NCBI GenBank assembly: GCA_029953675.1
Contig: JAMWBK010000006.1
Coordinates: 124,001 to 188,000, forward strand
Reading direction: 5' to 3'
Source: Rhodosorus marinus CCMP1338
Lineage: Eukaryota > Plantae > Rhodophyta
DNA length: 64,000 nt
Below the pieces are notes generated by a model. It had not been told where the DNA came from, ran no database searches, and saw only the letters and a list, made by a program, of their open reading frames with translations. Each line of letters begins with the position of its first letter. The first letter of the stretch is position 1. A program made the translations under genes and the position numbers. Of this stretch, positions 46,327 through 59,475 are shown piece by piece.

Positions 46327-49064
46327 TTCAGGTTATGATCCCAGACAACGCGGGTTGATTAATACTGTGAATTGCTCTAAAAACGGTGTAAGCTGAGCCA
46401 AAGAGAAAAATGAGTGCAGCAACGCAATATTGCCTGAGAGCTCCAAGAAGGACGACTATTCTGAATGGAAGGAGCAATTGAAAGATCGAGTTTTCCTTGC
46501 TGACCTCTCCAAGGTCGTTTTCACGCCCGATGTAGGTTCAACAGGTCTGCCTCTTACTGTATCTGGGACGAGAGGTTGTTTTCTAGGCAGTAGTCTTCTA
46601 GGATTTTGCATACAGGTGTAGCAGTTTAACGACTGGTGTGTGCTCTGTGAGGTCACACAGAATATGACGCTTCAATATGCACTCTTCGACTACATGCAAA
46701 GACGCTTTTGACGTGGAAACTGATACAAAGCACCGTGGAGATGGTAGAAACAGTAAAGACCCCAGATGGCCCAAGAGGTTTCAATGATCCCGAAGGAGGG
46801 TCAGGGCGGACTTCATGGACAACTGGCAGGACGGGCACTGCGTCGGTGTTCCCACTTGCAAGTGCCCTTGTTGCCGCTTCCCTTGCTCACAATTGGCACA
46901 TGGGGCGGCGCATCATCGCCAGTACGTCGAGGACAACCAGAAGCGTGTACAGGGCGTCTTCCTAGCTAGCCAGCTTGGAGTTGAGCCTCTCTGTCCTCTG
47001 AGCGGTAGGGGGCCCTACCGGCCTTACGAACCAGTGGTTTCCCCCCATTAACCGAATTTGTCCTGCACTTCTGATGCTGGTCACCTCCTCCGACACGAAG
47101 TATCTCGGCTGTAGGAGAAGTCATTCCAATCGCACGCTAACGCAATACCCCCAGATAGAGCGAGGGGCGCAACCAGAAGGCCGTGCTGATTCCGCAGTTG
47201 CCGGGGTCGATACAGGACTCATACTTCGTACGCAAAAATAATTTGCTACCAGTTTTCATCACCCAAGCAAGAGCCATCTTCGGTCGACCGCAACCGGCGC
47301 TGCACTGCGCGGCGATAGGGTTGGGTCTTGAGACGTTCGTGGGCTGACTCGGCGAGGACAGCCTATCACCGTAAACCTTGTGCCAAAACTCATGCAAAGC
47401 GTCGTCGAATTGAGAGCCGGTGACAGGTAAATTATGTCACTGCCTCTATGTTCAGATTTCAAACGGTGCAGCGGGCAAGTTCCAATACACGCACCCGAAC
47501 ACCAAAGAAAGACGCTCGTATGTGCTATATATGGTATTTCACACTAAGCGATGGGGCCAAATTGAACGTCCGTCTCGCATTTTGTTTTTTTTCGCGGGAG
47601 CGCATTCCATCCAAAACCCCTCCTCCATGGTTGCGCGCATTCCGCCCTTCGCCATGAATCTTCGAAATTCCGACAATTTTACTAAATTCCATGCTGCCAA
47701 AAAATTGACCCTCCCACAGCCTCGACATCATCGCCTTTCTATCCGAAAAATATCAATCAACTTTCACCCAAAAAAAGGCGCGGAGAAATCCCCACGCTTG
47801 ATTGTAGAATACTCAAAAAAATAAACTCCTACTTTTTATTCCCATCCTGCAAAAAACAGTCCTTGAATTTTTAAACCTTTTTGCATGATTTGGATTTCAA
47901 AATAATATCATCGAAAGATCCAGCGTTTATCTATTAGCGCAAAAACATATGAGCTCAGTCAACTCCTGGCCAACAGAATGAAGATAAAATATCTATAGAC
48001 CAATAGAGTTGCCTATCTGGGCAACTGAATACCCTCCAACAATCTTGGGAATAAGGGGGTTGCCCACTCCTCGACACCCCTTGATTCCACTAGAGAGGAG
48101 TAGTCAACAAGCAATTAAGTAAAATAAAAACGGGGGATATGTTCTTCTATTTGAGAGTCCATCCACTTTACCCCTATAAAGTATTTGAAAAAATATCGTT
48201 GAGTAAATGCGCATTGCAAGCACGACACCTACCCCTATTTCATTCATTTCGAAATTTGAAAAATTGAAATTTTGAAATAAGAAAGCAGTATTTTCCGGAC
48301 TGATAGTTGTCCAGCCCGGCTCAGAAAACGCAGTTCCTCGATCATCATCTGAGATAACGTATCACCCAAAACAAACACATATCCGTGTTTTCGGCACCTT
48401 GAGAGGTTAAGTCCAAATGTTGGGTTGAGACCCAGGGGTTATATATTTGTTCCATCTGTCGAGCTTTTGTTTTCGAGTTCTCAATAAGCACCGCTGAACT
48501 TTTATTCTCGAGTTGTTTTGCAGAAACTCCAAATCCGTTTGGATTTTATAGGGGGGGTTAGAGTAGTAGTTTTTGAAAAACAGCCGGAAAAAATGGTTTA
48601 GTGGCTTTTTTGGCGTTTCCTGGTTGTGGTTAGGTTTGTTGGCGGAATTGAGAGAGCATCTTCGTTTTGGCGTTTTTGCACGAGATTCGGAACCCATGCT
48701 GGTGCTCTAATATATACAATGAAGGCCCCTTTTTTTGAAAATCTGCAAAGGGAGTAGAGAGGAGGCGCTCTTAAAAATTTTCGAATGTCTGAACTCAAAC
48801 CAAGTGCGTTGGTATATATACATTAAGAGCGTTGGGTGCTTGACGGGTGAGAATGAACTGGAGAAAAGTGTTGGTTGCGTAGTCTAAGCGTTTTCCGGAA
48901 AGCTAAACAGGGAGAATCTGTTTGCTGATAGCTCGAGGTCTACAGGAAAAAACTACCAGTTTGGGACGCCGCTGAAGGCTGCTTTTGTATATTTTCGATT
49001 AAGCACTGCGACGCTTGGACGATTTGCAACATCGAAAAGCATGTTTTTGCGAGTTGAAGGCACC

Positions 49065-49907
49065 ATGGACGGAATGACCTGCTTCGTATCCGGGATTGGC
49101 AGTTTGAGATTGGGTGGCGCCCGCTCCACAAAGACTTATCGGTGCGAACGACCGGTGATGACCATGAGCGAGTTCGACGCTGAAAGCGAGAGCGATTGTT
49201 TTGACTTGTCGATTCTCAAAAAGAGAATTAATACTTTGAAGGAAGAAAATAAGGTTCATTTGCCACAGAGTGACTTTAGTGCCGCTCCTCTGCGGGAGGC
49301 TGTAGATAAGCGACAGAAGTATTATTGGGTGATGATCGACCCAAAGCGGAGAGACCCACGCGTTGAGGATTACATGTCCACCAAGGTGTGTGTTAGAGTA
49401 CGCCCTGGGCTTCCCCTCTATATCGCAACCCTCGCTATGAACTTGTGCTCAGTATTCGTGTACATTCTCTTCAACTATACAGGTCAACGACGGAGAGACC
49501 ATGCTTGGCTTCGAAGCTCGTGATGATGCCATTTATTGTTCTGGACTCTTCGGAGATGTTGCTCGACATGCAGGGGCAAATGACCCTTCTCCGAATGTTG
49601 TTGTGAGTTGGCGCAGTAATTTCAGATGAATCAATACGGTTTGGAGCCGCATCAGAATGCTGACTCTTAAGGAATGTTTTTGTGCTTTTTCTTTGCTGCT
49701 GTTTTATAGAGGAGACCACTCGAGAAACTTGAGGATTATTGCGTTGATAAGGGGTGGAATCTTGGAATAGTTCTCGAGGGTGCAGTGGACTTGGACGAGA
49801 GATTTGATCCTAGGAAGCACGAACTAGTGGCGGAAGTCGACAACATTTATCCATCAGACCTTCCAGAGGCGCGGAAGAACTTTGAGAATTTGTTCAGGAA
49901 GTTTTAG
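49065..49907 (+). CDS. Plastid-targeted protein resembling cyanobacterial DUF3110, 212 aa
   Basis: Exons 49065-49385, 49483-49602 and 49710-49907 (639 nt). Transit-peptide-like start MDGMTCFVSGIGSLRL. Segments TMLGFEARDDAIYCSGLF, LEKLEDYCVDKGWNLGIV and DLPEARKNFENLF parallel the DUF3110 pattern (from memory of the family). Confidence 0.7.
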
Positions 49908-51529
49908 TTAATTCCTTATGCAACGTATTATAAAATTGGAGGAACATACCCGAATATTCTGCAGAGGATGATTATTATGATCGGTGTTAGTAGTAGGATT
50001 ATAGTCGCTTGGTTGTCGATAGGAGTGAAGAATTCCACCAGACCAATCCCTTACGTGGGTGTTTGAGTACGGTCGTCATGGATGGGGCTACCTAGCTTAG
50101 ATCATGGAGGAAAAAAAAAGATCGTGCTGGATTAACTGCGTGGAGTACAACTATCTCTAGCACTCGATGAGCGAGACACCAGCAAACACACTTTAGCTGG
50201 GTTAAAATCACGGCTTCCATGGGGTGCATCGGTCTTCAACTGCAGGTGCAGGAAGTCACGATGACAGGAAACCATTAACGACGCCAAGCGGCATCCCCTC
50301 ATCTGGTGCTTGGCGTGATGACCGGTCCCCGTGGTGCCCCACTGAGCAATTGTTTCCTGGTCGCTTTAGAAGGGTTGGAAGCGCTTAAACTGCTTCCATC
50401 CTCGTGGTTCTCTGCCGGAATCAAGTTCCCTAAAATCGAAAAGCGGCCCTGAGGAACGGCCAACTGCAATCTGTTACGTTTCCGGGAAAAACGTAGCAGT
50501 CGCAGGTAGAAGCGATTTGGCTATCGGCTACCGAGATCCGTGGAGTCAATCGAGCAACGAGGGCTCCTCCGCTGTTTTCGAGCGCCTCTCGGACCCGTTC
50601 ATGTCGCTGTTCCAGCAACCCAGCCCAAATGCTCGACTTGAAAGCACGTGTATTCTATTCCTTGCGACGCTCTCGTTGACAAGTACGGCGTTGGTCCGGG
50701 TAAGCAAGAATCACGTGTGCTATTGTTCGCAGCGCGTCCGGACTGAAACGCTCCTAGCAGGGTAGGACACACGCACTAGCACTAGTAAAGGAATAAGTAA
50801 GGCATCTAATAGCTTCACCTCGCAACTAGAATCCGAATGACCTTTGCCTCAAATTTTTTCAACATCTGATTTTGCACTGGTCTCCGTCGTGCCCCTCCAA
50901 ACTGTTGCGCAGCCTGGACGCTTCAAAATCCCCAGCGGTCGCTTTGTACGTTTCTCCCCAGCTATTGACGTTCTCTCTCGACAGACTCCGCTTCCAAGCG
51001 CATCATCTGCTCCGGAGGTGAGCTCCAGACTGGAGCATCTAATTTCGCTGTCGCTGAACTGTGGCCAGCGAAAAACAACATCTTGATGCATACCTCGAAG
51101 TGAACGTTCACTGCGAGATAAACGAAGGAGGGCAGCACGGGGCCCGTCCAGCATTATGACTCTTATCGCTTCGCCTGCAGACTCTTTAAGCTCAGTTTTC
51201 GAAAGCAGTCACAGTCACTTCATTTTCAACGTTGTAGTCCAAACTGGAGACTCCTTTTCTCGCGTATATCCCTCTAACAGAACAGACACTAGATATGAAA
51301 GTTGCCGGCGATGATCCAACTTCACTTTTTACGGGAGTAACAATGACAACGATGCACTTGCTAGCTGCGTGGAACCTTCGCTGAACTCGATAACAACTAA
51401 ATAGAAACAGAATTGTAACCAGCACTTTGGTGAGCGCCTGACTAAACCCAGCAGTTTGATGGGCTGGGCTGAACACCCTGCCGTTACGCTTTAGACCCAA
51501 TCAATTCAAAGAAAGAAATAATCTCAGAG

Positions 51530-52090
51530 AGCAAGGCGAGTGCTTTTACGAAATCGACTGCTTGCAGGGACGAGAAAATACATCCGTGCTAAAGGATTGC
51601 CTGTTTTTTGAACTTGAATCCACTTCTTCAGTGTGCCGTAGTGCCAGAAACTGCGGTTACACTCCAACGCAACCATTTCAAAGAAATAATGCCGCCGAAC
51701 AAGGTGAGCGCTTTCCGAGAGGAATGCTACTCCTTGCCGGGACGAGAAAGTACATCTGTTTGCACAAAAGGATTGCATGTTTTGAATATGAATCCAAACC
51801 TTCAGTGCAGTAATGCCAAAAAGTTCCGGTAATTCCAACGCCAATCATTTCAAAGAAACGATTTCGGTATGGAACAAGATGAGTGCTCTGCCGAAGGTAA
51901 CCGGCCCTCGCCGTGCTGGAGAAGGACATTGGCAGGCGCTGAAGAATTGGGTTTGCACTTGAAAAATTCAATCCTTCAAAGCAGTAACGCGCGGACACAA
52001 GAGCTGCCGTTACTTTGCGAGCAAAACACTGCTTAGGCACAAAGGAAAACTGCCGTTACGTTTTGAACCAAACTACTTCAAAAAACACAC
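51530..52090. repeat. Degenerate ~174-bp tandem repeat, 2-3 copies
   Basis: gggacgagaaa at 51567 and 51739. Colinear shared blocks aaaggattgc, tgaatcca…cttcagtg, catttcaaagaaa and aacaag[g/a]tgag[c/t]gct. A weaker third copy lies near 51955. Confidence 0.8.
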
Positions 52091-52989
52091 GCCGATTTGG
52101 AATGAGGAGCTGGTATCAGTTTCCATCAGGAAACGGGAGAGGAGGGGGGATGGGAAGATGGCGTCATTGCCGCTTGTACATCCAAATTTTTTTTCCAGGC
52201 CTTCATCCTATAGATTTATAAAGAATGAATCTCGCGTTCATCTGACAAAACCCGCCCTACTTTCGTGCAGAGCCACGCGAAAAACTCATTCTCTTCCTTG
52301 CAAGCAGGTTGGAATTCAAATTTTTGAACAAAATAACTGAGTTAAAAGATGGTAACGGCAGAAGGGCGCGAGCTCGTTGAACGAACGCTCTTCTTCCGAA
52401 ACTGACCAAATTCGTGCCCAAAATCAAAAATCGACATATGGGCCCTGTGTTGGTGTTGTTGGAAGACTAGATGGACGGGATTGATGAATATTCTCATTTT
52501 CTTTTCTTTTTTCTCACTTGGAGAACCGAAAAGTACCTTTTAGAACCAATGGAATGAGTGAGGGACGGAATGAAACAACCTCCCAATTTGGGTCAAAAGG
52601 CATTGACGACACGCACTAAGCAAGTCAAAATAGAATCTACGTAATTCAACAATTTCTTCTAAAAAAAGGGGTGCAATGATGGTTTTCGACTTTTTGGTTG
52701 GGACTCCAAAGGGCAAAACTAATCGGGGAATGAAGGAAAGGATTTGGGTGAAGAAGGTGTGGGGGGGTGGGGGTTTGAGTTTCGATGTCTACTACTGCAG
52801 TTAGCGTCCCGGTGGGGGCCCAAAAATGGGACACCGCAATCAAATCAAAAAATATAAAATTAAATAACATTTTAGATGTTTTTGACAGGGCCATTTCTGG
52901 GCTAAAAAGCTTGTTTGTTTGGCGCCATTTTGAAATTACTCCAATGCATCAAAACCCACGATCTGGCCGGGACATGTTGGACATTGAAA

Positions 52990-53870
52990 TGGGGTGGGGG
53001 AGGACTGGAGGAGATCTAGGTTAGAGAGGGAGACGGTGTTGATGATGATGAGGAGGTGGAGGAAATTGAATTGGAGAGCACACAATCTCATTGTCTGTGT
53101 AAAACATTGCGTGAAGAACCTGAACCAGACCAAAGGTTTCCAGGCCCGTTCTGCATTTCGTGCCACTGCGGACGTTTGCGATTTCGTCTCGTGAGCCGTT
53201 TGCATAGAGCCTTCGCGTTTGGCGTAAAGCACAGCCAGGTGTGGTTTGGAATCGTGCTTATGCTGAGAAACCCCTGGTTGTTACAATTGTGAACGAAGGA
53301 ATACAATACTCCTTTTACATGCTTTTGAACTCTCAACAAATCATTTTCGGTGCAGAAACAAAGTTCACGTGTATGGACCGGTTCAATGCTCGCGGTGGTC
53401 AAACATTTTTAAAAGCAAGTTCTCCGGAGCGGAACACCCACTCCACAAACGTTATGTGAAGAAATTTTCTACGGGCCCGTGGCCTGTGAATCATTATCAC
53501 CACATGTTGAAATTACTGCGAGGAGCTCAAATTTTTAAGTCACAATGCGCTGGGACCAAAAAGGGAAATATCTAGGCGCTGTGTCCTCGGATTAGATCCC
53601 ACAATTTATGCTGTCGAAGTGATTTTCGGATGTAATGGCAGTGTAGGGGTCTCTTCACTCGATTCCCACGCATCATCCCCCCCTTCTGTTCCTCTCTGAA
53701 AGACGGGAAATGCACTAGATGAAAGTTCGGCTCCGATGGCCAAAGAAAAAAAAGAACCCACCCGAAGATACACAAGAGCTGGGAGTAGGAACCCAGCCCC
53801 AGCGTGCATCAAAATGCAGATGCACCTGCTGTGACCTTCTTGCTCAGAATGAAAGTTACAATTGTGAGTC
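52990..53870 (+). pseudogene. Probable decayed Mutator-like (MULE) transposase relic
   Basis: Fragments in MULE order but in different frames: CVKHCVKNL (53096-53122), WNRAY (53247), RWPKKKK (53734, GRPKKKR-like) and Cys-rich KCRCTCC…YNC (about 53812-53866). Many stops and frameshifts; no TIRs found. Confidence 0.4.
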
Positions 53871-56800
53871 ACAATACCAACCCCCCTCGGGAAACGGGAC
53901 CAATCTAGTTGTTTATCCTTCTATTGGCAGTGCGGCATACAAGCAGTATATCCACCAGCTACAGCGGCTAGATTCTATCTGACATAGGCCCTCAAAACGC
54001 ACATCACTGGTGTGCTAAATTTCACGAAAAGGCGTTTCAAGTCTCGACATAAAAGGCTACATCGTGCGCGAAGAAAGCTAACACACCCCGCCAGAGAAAC
54101 CACCTTCCGATGGAAAAAAGGGAAATTTTATTAAATTCTGATGACCTTATTAATGGATTGGAGGATGCAACCCCCACCCCCCCAAAAGCCAATTTGAGCA
54201 TCCTCAGATGGTTTTCTCGAGTGACACTCTGTCGCAACCGATTTTCATGTATGCGGCCATTCAAGTTAATTTATTTATTGAATTTTCCCAATTCGATCGA
54301 AAAAATTCCAAAAAAGTAGCTTGAGAATAGGGAAAAACTGAAATGATGCAGAAATCATGAACCCGACATCAATATAGTGAATTACTAACAATCTTTCTCT
54401 TCAGACAACCAGTGTTGTCAGACGACGAATGTAAAAATTGTAAAGGGAAAGGGGGATGGGGATAGCGATGGCGGTTGTGGAGTTAGAAAAGGTTAAATAA
54501 AGAGTAGTTGACCGGGCTGGGGGGGGTTGGGGGGAAGCGAGATCAATCGTCTCGAAAAAGAATTCCGGGTAGAAAGGGGTTCGATGGCAAGAAAAAAATT
54601 TCCGGCATCAATTGGCACATTCTCATAGGCATGATTTAGTTGTAGATTATTAAATTTATCTCAGTCTTCAGTATTTCTTGAGTTAGAAAGAGGAAACTTT
54701 GAAAAAGATTTCCATCGGGTCTTACTGCTTCGAATGTTCAAACACGCCCCGTTCTCTAACCCATTGTTTTTTTCTATTAGACAGCAGATGCGCTTAGATC
54801 ATATTGACTTAGACCCTATACAAATGATTGAGAATCTGCTCCTGAGAGCGTTCAGAGCGCCCAGAGCGTAAGTTGATCAGGAGACGCGTGACGGGGTGCG
54901 CGCCTATTTCGAGGTACACGCTAGAAACGTGCGCAATCAGGAAATGATCAAAAAATTTCTTTAAATATGGTACAGCAAATGTGTCTGCAAAAAAAACGCA
55001 CCCCCCTGTCAGGAGAGACGTGATCGTTTTTAAACAAAAACTATAAGCCAATGCGTGGTGACTGCTGGACAGCTGAGCCCCTTCAGAAACCTCTAAATTT
55101 TTAGGAACGGACAAGAACGTACAACCACGGGAACAATTCACACGCGTGTTGGAAACTGTTCTAACTCGCGGTTGCATCCAGTTGGCAAAAGGTAGCCATT
55201 TTCAGTCAGCAATCTCTACCCACCTCCTGTGGCCCCTCCCCGGCCTTCCCTTTCCAAGAAATCAATATTTTTGCATCTGACCAAAAGTGATACATGTCAA
55301 TTGTTCAACTGCTGACCGGGGTCGAAACCAGTTTCCTCCCAAGTGGATGAGCAATGACAATTGACTTCAAAACAGTGAATCGAGAAAAACAGATGTGGAA
55401 TATCCTTGTAAAATCAGAGAACGAAGGGCAAGTGGCGACTACGAATTCTACTCAAAGCCTTCGCCAGTAAGAATCCGTCGTGAACAGATCTGTTGGTCCA
55501 CTACCAACGACGACTAAAAAATAACAAAATATCAAATACTCCTGATTAGAAATAATTGAAATGAGTTATAATTTAACCATATCTTCCAGAAAACGCCGAC
55601 ACGGCCAATAATATACTAGAAACCTTCTCGTGAGAAAGATTTTTGAGAAAAAATTGCCCTTTTCTAATGGAAACCTCGCGCCAACTATCGGTTATCGGTT
55701 ATGGTCTGAACCCCCGTGTCGGCCAACTGAATTGGATGAGAATGAGCGATAGTTCTCTTTGGAATGAAAAAAATTCGCCCCTTTGTTGAGGGGGGTTTGG
55801 GGTGGGGAGCAAACCTTTACACAAAGCAAAAGAAAATTATTATTCAGACGATACTTCATAGCACACACTTGGTACGTAGATCGCCTACAAAACACGAGCA
55901 GCCCAGCTCACACCACACAAACAACAGGCCTTCAAAAAAGAAAGGCAATAAAAAAAATGCTCCACTCCACCGGATCCAGTTCAAAATCTTCTACTCCGAT
56001 CGCCCCGGCCCCAGCACCAGCCCGAAACTCTGCAGCCCACCCAACTCCAGGGGGAAAGCATCCCAACGAAAGGGTTGGGGCGGGGGAGGGGGGGCAATAG
56101 AGTGGCTGGGAGAAACCATCATTCTGAGTTCCTGAGTTCCTTTTTTCGAGAAAATTTCCTTTCCCGTGTGTGCACCATCTGCTGTTCTGCTTATTTTCTC
56201 AAAACAATGTTGATTTTTAGTCTTGACGATTGAAAAAACAATGTAAAAGCGAGGTCTACCTTTCAATTACTACTTATTAACAAACAAAAAAATTGATACG
56301 AAGCGAGAATAAACGGAAGCTTGAAGGTGCGTAAAGAAACAAAAGCGCGAAAGGGGGGGTTACGTTAATATCCAGTGTGGTTTTTATTTATTTATTGGAA
56401 CGGGAGAATAGGGAGGGGTAAGTCACTGATGTGAAATGCGAAGGCGAAAAGAACTGAAATTTAGTGGTTGAAGGGGGGGAACGGGTGCGCGACCAGAGGG
56501 AAGCCGGTTTCTGGGGGTTTTGTTTTGTTTTTGGGTTGAAATATCGATCCGTGCCTATGTCGGTCAATGACATCACAAGGAAAAAAAAAAAAACACAGCC
56601 GCCGCAAGGAGGCGGGCACGCGAAGGAAGGAGCGCGGTTGAGTAAACAGTAATAGTAAAGGTTAGGGGAAGCGGTGGCCAAGAAGACATTGGCATGGTGA
56701 GGACGATTGGAAGCAGTTTAAGAGCTGGTTAAAACGACGACATTAAGATCTTTGGGTCATTTGAAGTGGATTTAATCTATTTTGGATTGCGAGGGAAAAG

Positions 56801-57053
56801 AGACGTTTTGGAAGGTAGGTAGGTAGATGGGAGCCTTGGCCGGGGAAGGACACGTTTGGCTTGGCGCGTTGGTCACCGAGGATGCGATATGGTGTTGTGA
56901 AGGAGAGAGGAAATCTTTCAGCCCAGGTCTGTTTCTGTTGGGAGACGAGGAAGATGACTGTATGAAGTCAAAAGGGCTGTGTTTTGTGCGGTAGTGCGGT
57001 GGCTGCATTGATTCTCGTTTGGTGGTGGGACGCCCAGGAGGGCGTTGGGAGAA

Positions 57054-57979
57054 ATGAAGTCTGAGGACTCGAACAAGAATACTCAAAAGAGCGGAAAAGC
57101 GCCACGCCCAAGGCAGTACAAGTGTGGGGCGTGTAATGAGGAAGGACACAATGCGAGAAACTGTAGGAAAAGGCTGGAACAGAATGCTGGATACGACGGT
57201 GGTTCGAATGAATCCCCCATCCCTGGATTGGATGGGGTTGAAAAGGTCGACGTCGAGTCTATGGGTGGGAAGCGAAAATCTCACCAGCCGCAGGGCTTCG
57301 AAATGGGCTCGCAAATGAAGGGAATCGAGCATCTCGACGGAAGTGGAATGGCTTCGCAGATGTATATGATGCATCAAGATATTCCGGATCAGCCGGGACA
57401 GGGCCAAAATCCCTTTCGATTCCAGCAAATACAAGGTGGTGGACAGTCCATGCAGGACGCTTTAGAGGGTGGCGGTGTGCCCGGATCTTTCAATGATCAT
57501 TTTGAGGTGACCGGTCACGGATTGGATGATCGAGGATCTATGGATCAGATGGTCCAGCAAGCGGAGATGAATGGACACTATAGATCCGCCGAAGATCGTA
57601 AGTACATCTAACCATTCCATTTTGCTGGAAAAAAAAAGCAATCCTTTTTTGCTGAAGTTTTGTCACACCTCCCGCCGCGGAACGCTGTTCGGACTCGGTT
57701 GGATTAGGTCATCAAGGGCTTGAAAGAGCGCTTCAGGCTGCAGAGACGATTGTAATGAGAATGGGAAACACCGTGGCCTCCGCGAAAAGTGCTCGAGAGT
57801 ATGAAAGTACAAGTAAGGATCTTCTGCTTGCGATAGACAATCTTGAAAAGGTTGCAAAGGTTGCGCAGCGGTACAAGAAGATTGCAGAAGATATTGAAGC
57901 AAACAACTTTGGCGCCGTCGAGGATGTCAGTCGAGCTCGCAACACGGCGGATTTGCAGAACTACATGCAGTTTCTGTAG
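57054..57979 (+). CDS. CCHC zinc-knuckle protein with a low-complexity middle and coiled-coil C-terminus, 271 aa
   Basis: Exons 57054-57597 and 57708-57979 (816 nt). CGACNEEGHNARNC matches C-x2-C-x4-H-x4-C. Confidence 0.82.
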
Positions 57980-58908
57980 TTAATATTCACTGTTTTCGTT
58001 TTTGTTTTCTCAACCTGGTACGGGCTCTCACCCATCGCTTGCAAGATGCATTTCAGAACGGTGTGCTCTACTGGCCAGCTCTTCCTTCAACTAGTAAGCG
58101 CGGTGGTGAAAGTCGTGGTTCTACAAGGCGCAGGACGGGATGGAGGACGTGTCCTTTCACCTTGTACATTGACTTCGAGAGGACGAGAGAAAAAAACCCC
58201 ACAAGTGGCAGTACTCACGTCTCTATTTGCTTTCCACGACGATCCCCCGGAAGAGATGAGATCTTATCTTCGTACCCGTCGAAGAGAAACTGCTCTTGCC
58301 TCTGGGCCAGTTTCGTATTAGGTCTTGTTGTGGGGGCCGCAGGCGCGATGTTGGGAACGGGTGGTGAAACCAAAGGATTGACAATTCTCACGGTCCGGTA
58401 GGCTGACAATTGCACGTCGTCGTTTAGCGGACTGTCTGTGGGGAAATTCCCGCTTTCACAATGTGGATGGCCTGGTTCCCCTCTGCGCTTCGTCTTGAAA
58501 ATAGAGATGAACAATTTTATCTATCCGACGGACATCTTTCCGTCAAGTATCAGTTCAAGTGGATCTAGTATTTTAATCAATTTTGTCAAAGACCATGTTG
58601 TTAATACACTTTTGATTGAACCCGATCACAACACGATGCTAGCCAAATGTTATTCATATGCACACAGATGCGCTTCCTCTACCCATTTTCGGCCTTAACT
58701 TTAAAACTCAAGGATGAGCGTATATCTCATGATCCTGGCAAGGTCGTGCCCGAAAACATTGCTCCAGTTGCCTCTCGCAATCGAAAAGCATATTGTCCGT
58801 CGCCTTTTGTCTTGAAATATTTTCTCAGATCGTCTATATGATTGAAGTTGCTCATGTTCCGCGAAAATGGAGAACGCTGGAATCGGCTCCGCCCGAGGAG
58901 CGAACCTC

Positions 58909-59475
58909 CTAGTTCACCCTGCCGAGAACTTCCATTGAGACAATGCTGTTGCCTCTGACAACCTGCAAGGATTTGAGAATATCTGTTTTAGCGTGGTACT
59001 TTCTCCGAGCGAATTGTCAACAAAATATGCATACGATCATTCCTATCGACGGCCGTGAGTCGTCCGGTGCACTAGTCTCCACGGCATCCTCTAGAACTAT
59101 GTTCATGAATTGGTCGTATCCACGAAGAACTCCTTCTACTCCACGATTGCCGTTTAGTTGCACTGTTAACGAAACGACAAACGGGATGTTCAGCTCGGCA
59201 GTGAATCGTTCATAAGATTTCAACGAGCGAACACGAAACAAAAAAAAAAAAAGAGGATCCAGGGCGCCGCAAACCAAAAAAGAAAAAAACCGAGGATACG
59301 CAATTTGAAACTCGCTCCTTCAGGAACGACACCTCCTCACCCTCTCATCACTCCCAGTTTCAAATCCGACCCAAAGAAAAACAACTGAACAAGCAAAAAC
59401 AATTGTCGCGGGCTTGTACTCACGTGACAACTTCTTGTCCATCAACCTCTTCATCTCCGGTAAATACTTGCTCAT
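58909..59475 (-). CDS. SNRPG: Spliceosomal core protein SmG, 77 aa
   Basis: Exons 59475-59424, 59162-59035 and 58962-58909 (234 nt) give [46 protein letters not shown]…GMIVVRGNSIVSMEVL. Confidence 0.95.

Noticed and set aside
47100-47400. Sm-site-like atttttg on the minus strand suggesting an snRNA
   Set aside because: No match to conserved U1, U2, U4, U5 or U6 motifs.
50160-50350. U3/C-D snoRNA-like motifs (GATGA, a 10-bp hairpin, TGATGA…CTGA)
   Set aside because: No box A/A' or box B and no terminal stem closing the boxes; an Infernal/Rfam scan would settle it.
50430-51154. Minus-strand ORFs (101 aa and 62 aa) that might form a gene
   Set aside because: An ATG and a KRPLGILKRP segment look plausible, but the tested splice junctions gave stops, so there is not enough support to call.
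58039-58841. Overlapping ORFs between the knuckle gene and SmG
   Set aside because: Located in convergent 3' UTR space, with no motifs.
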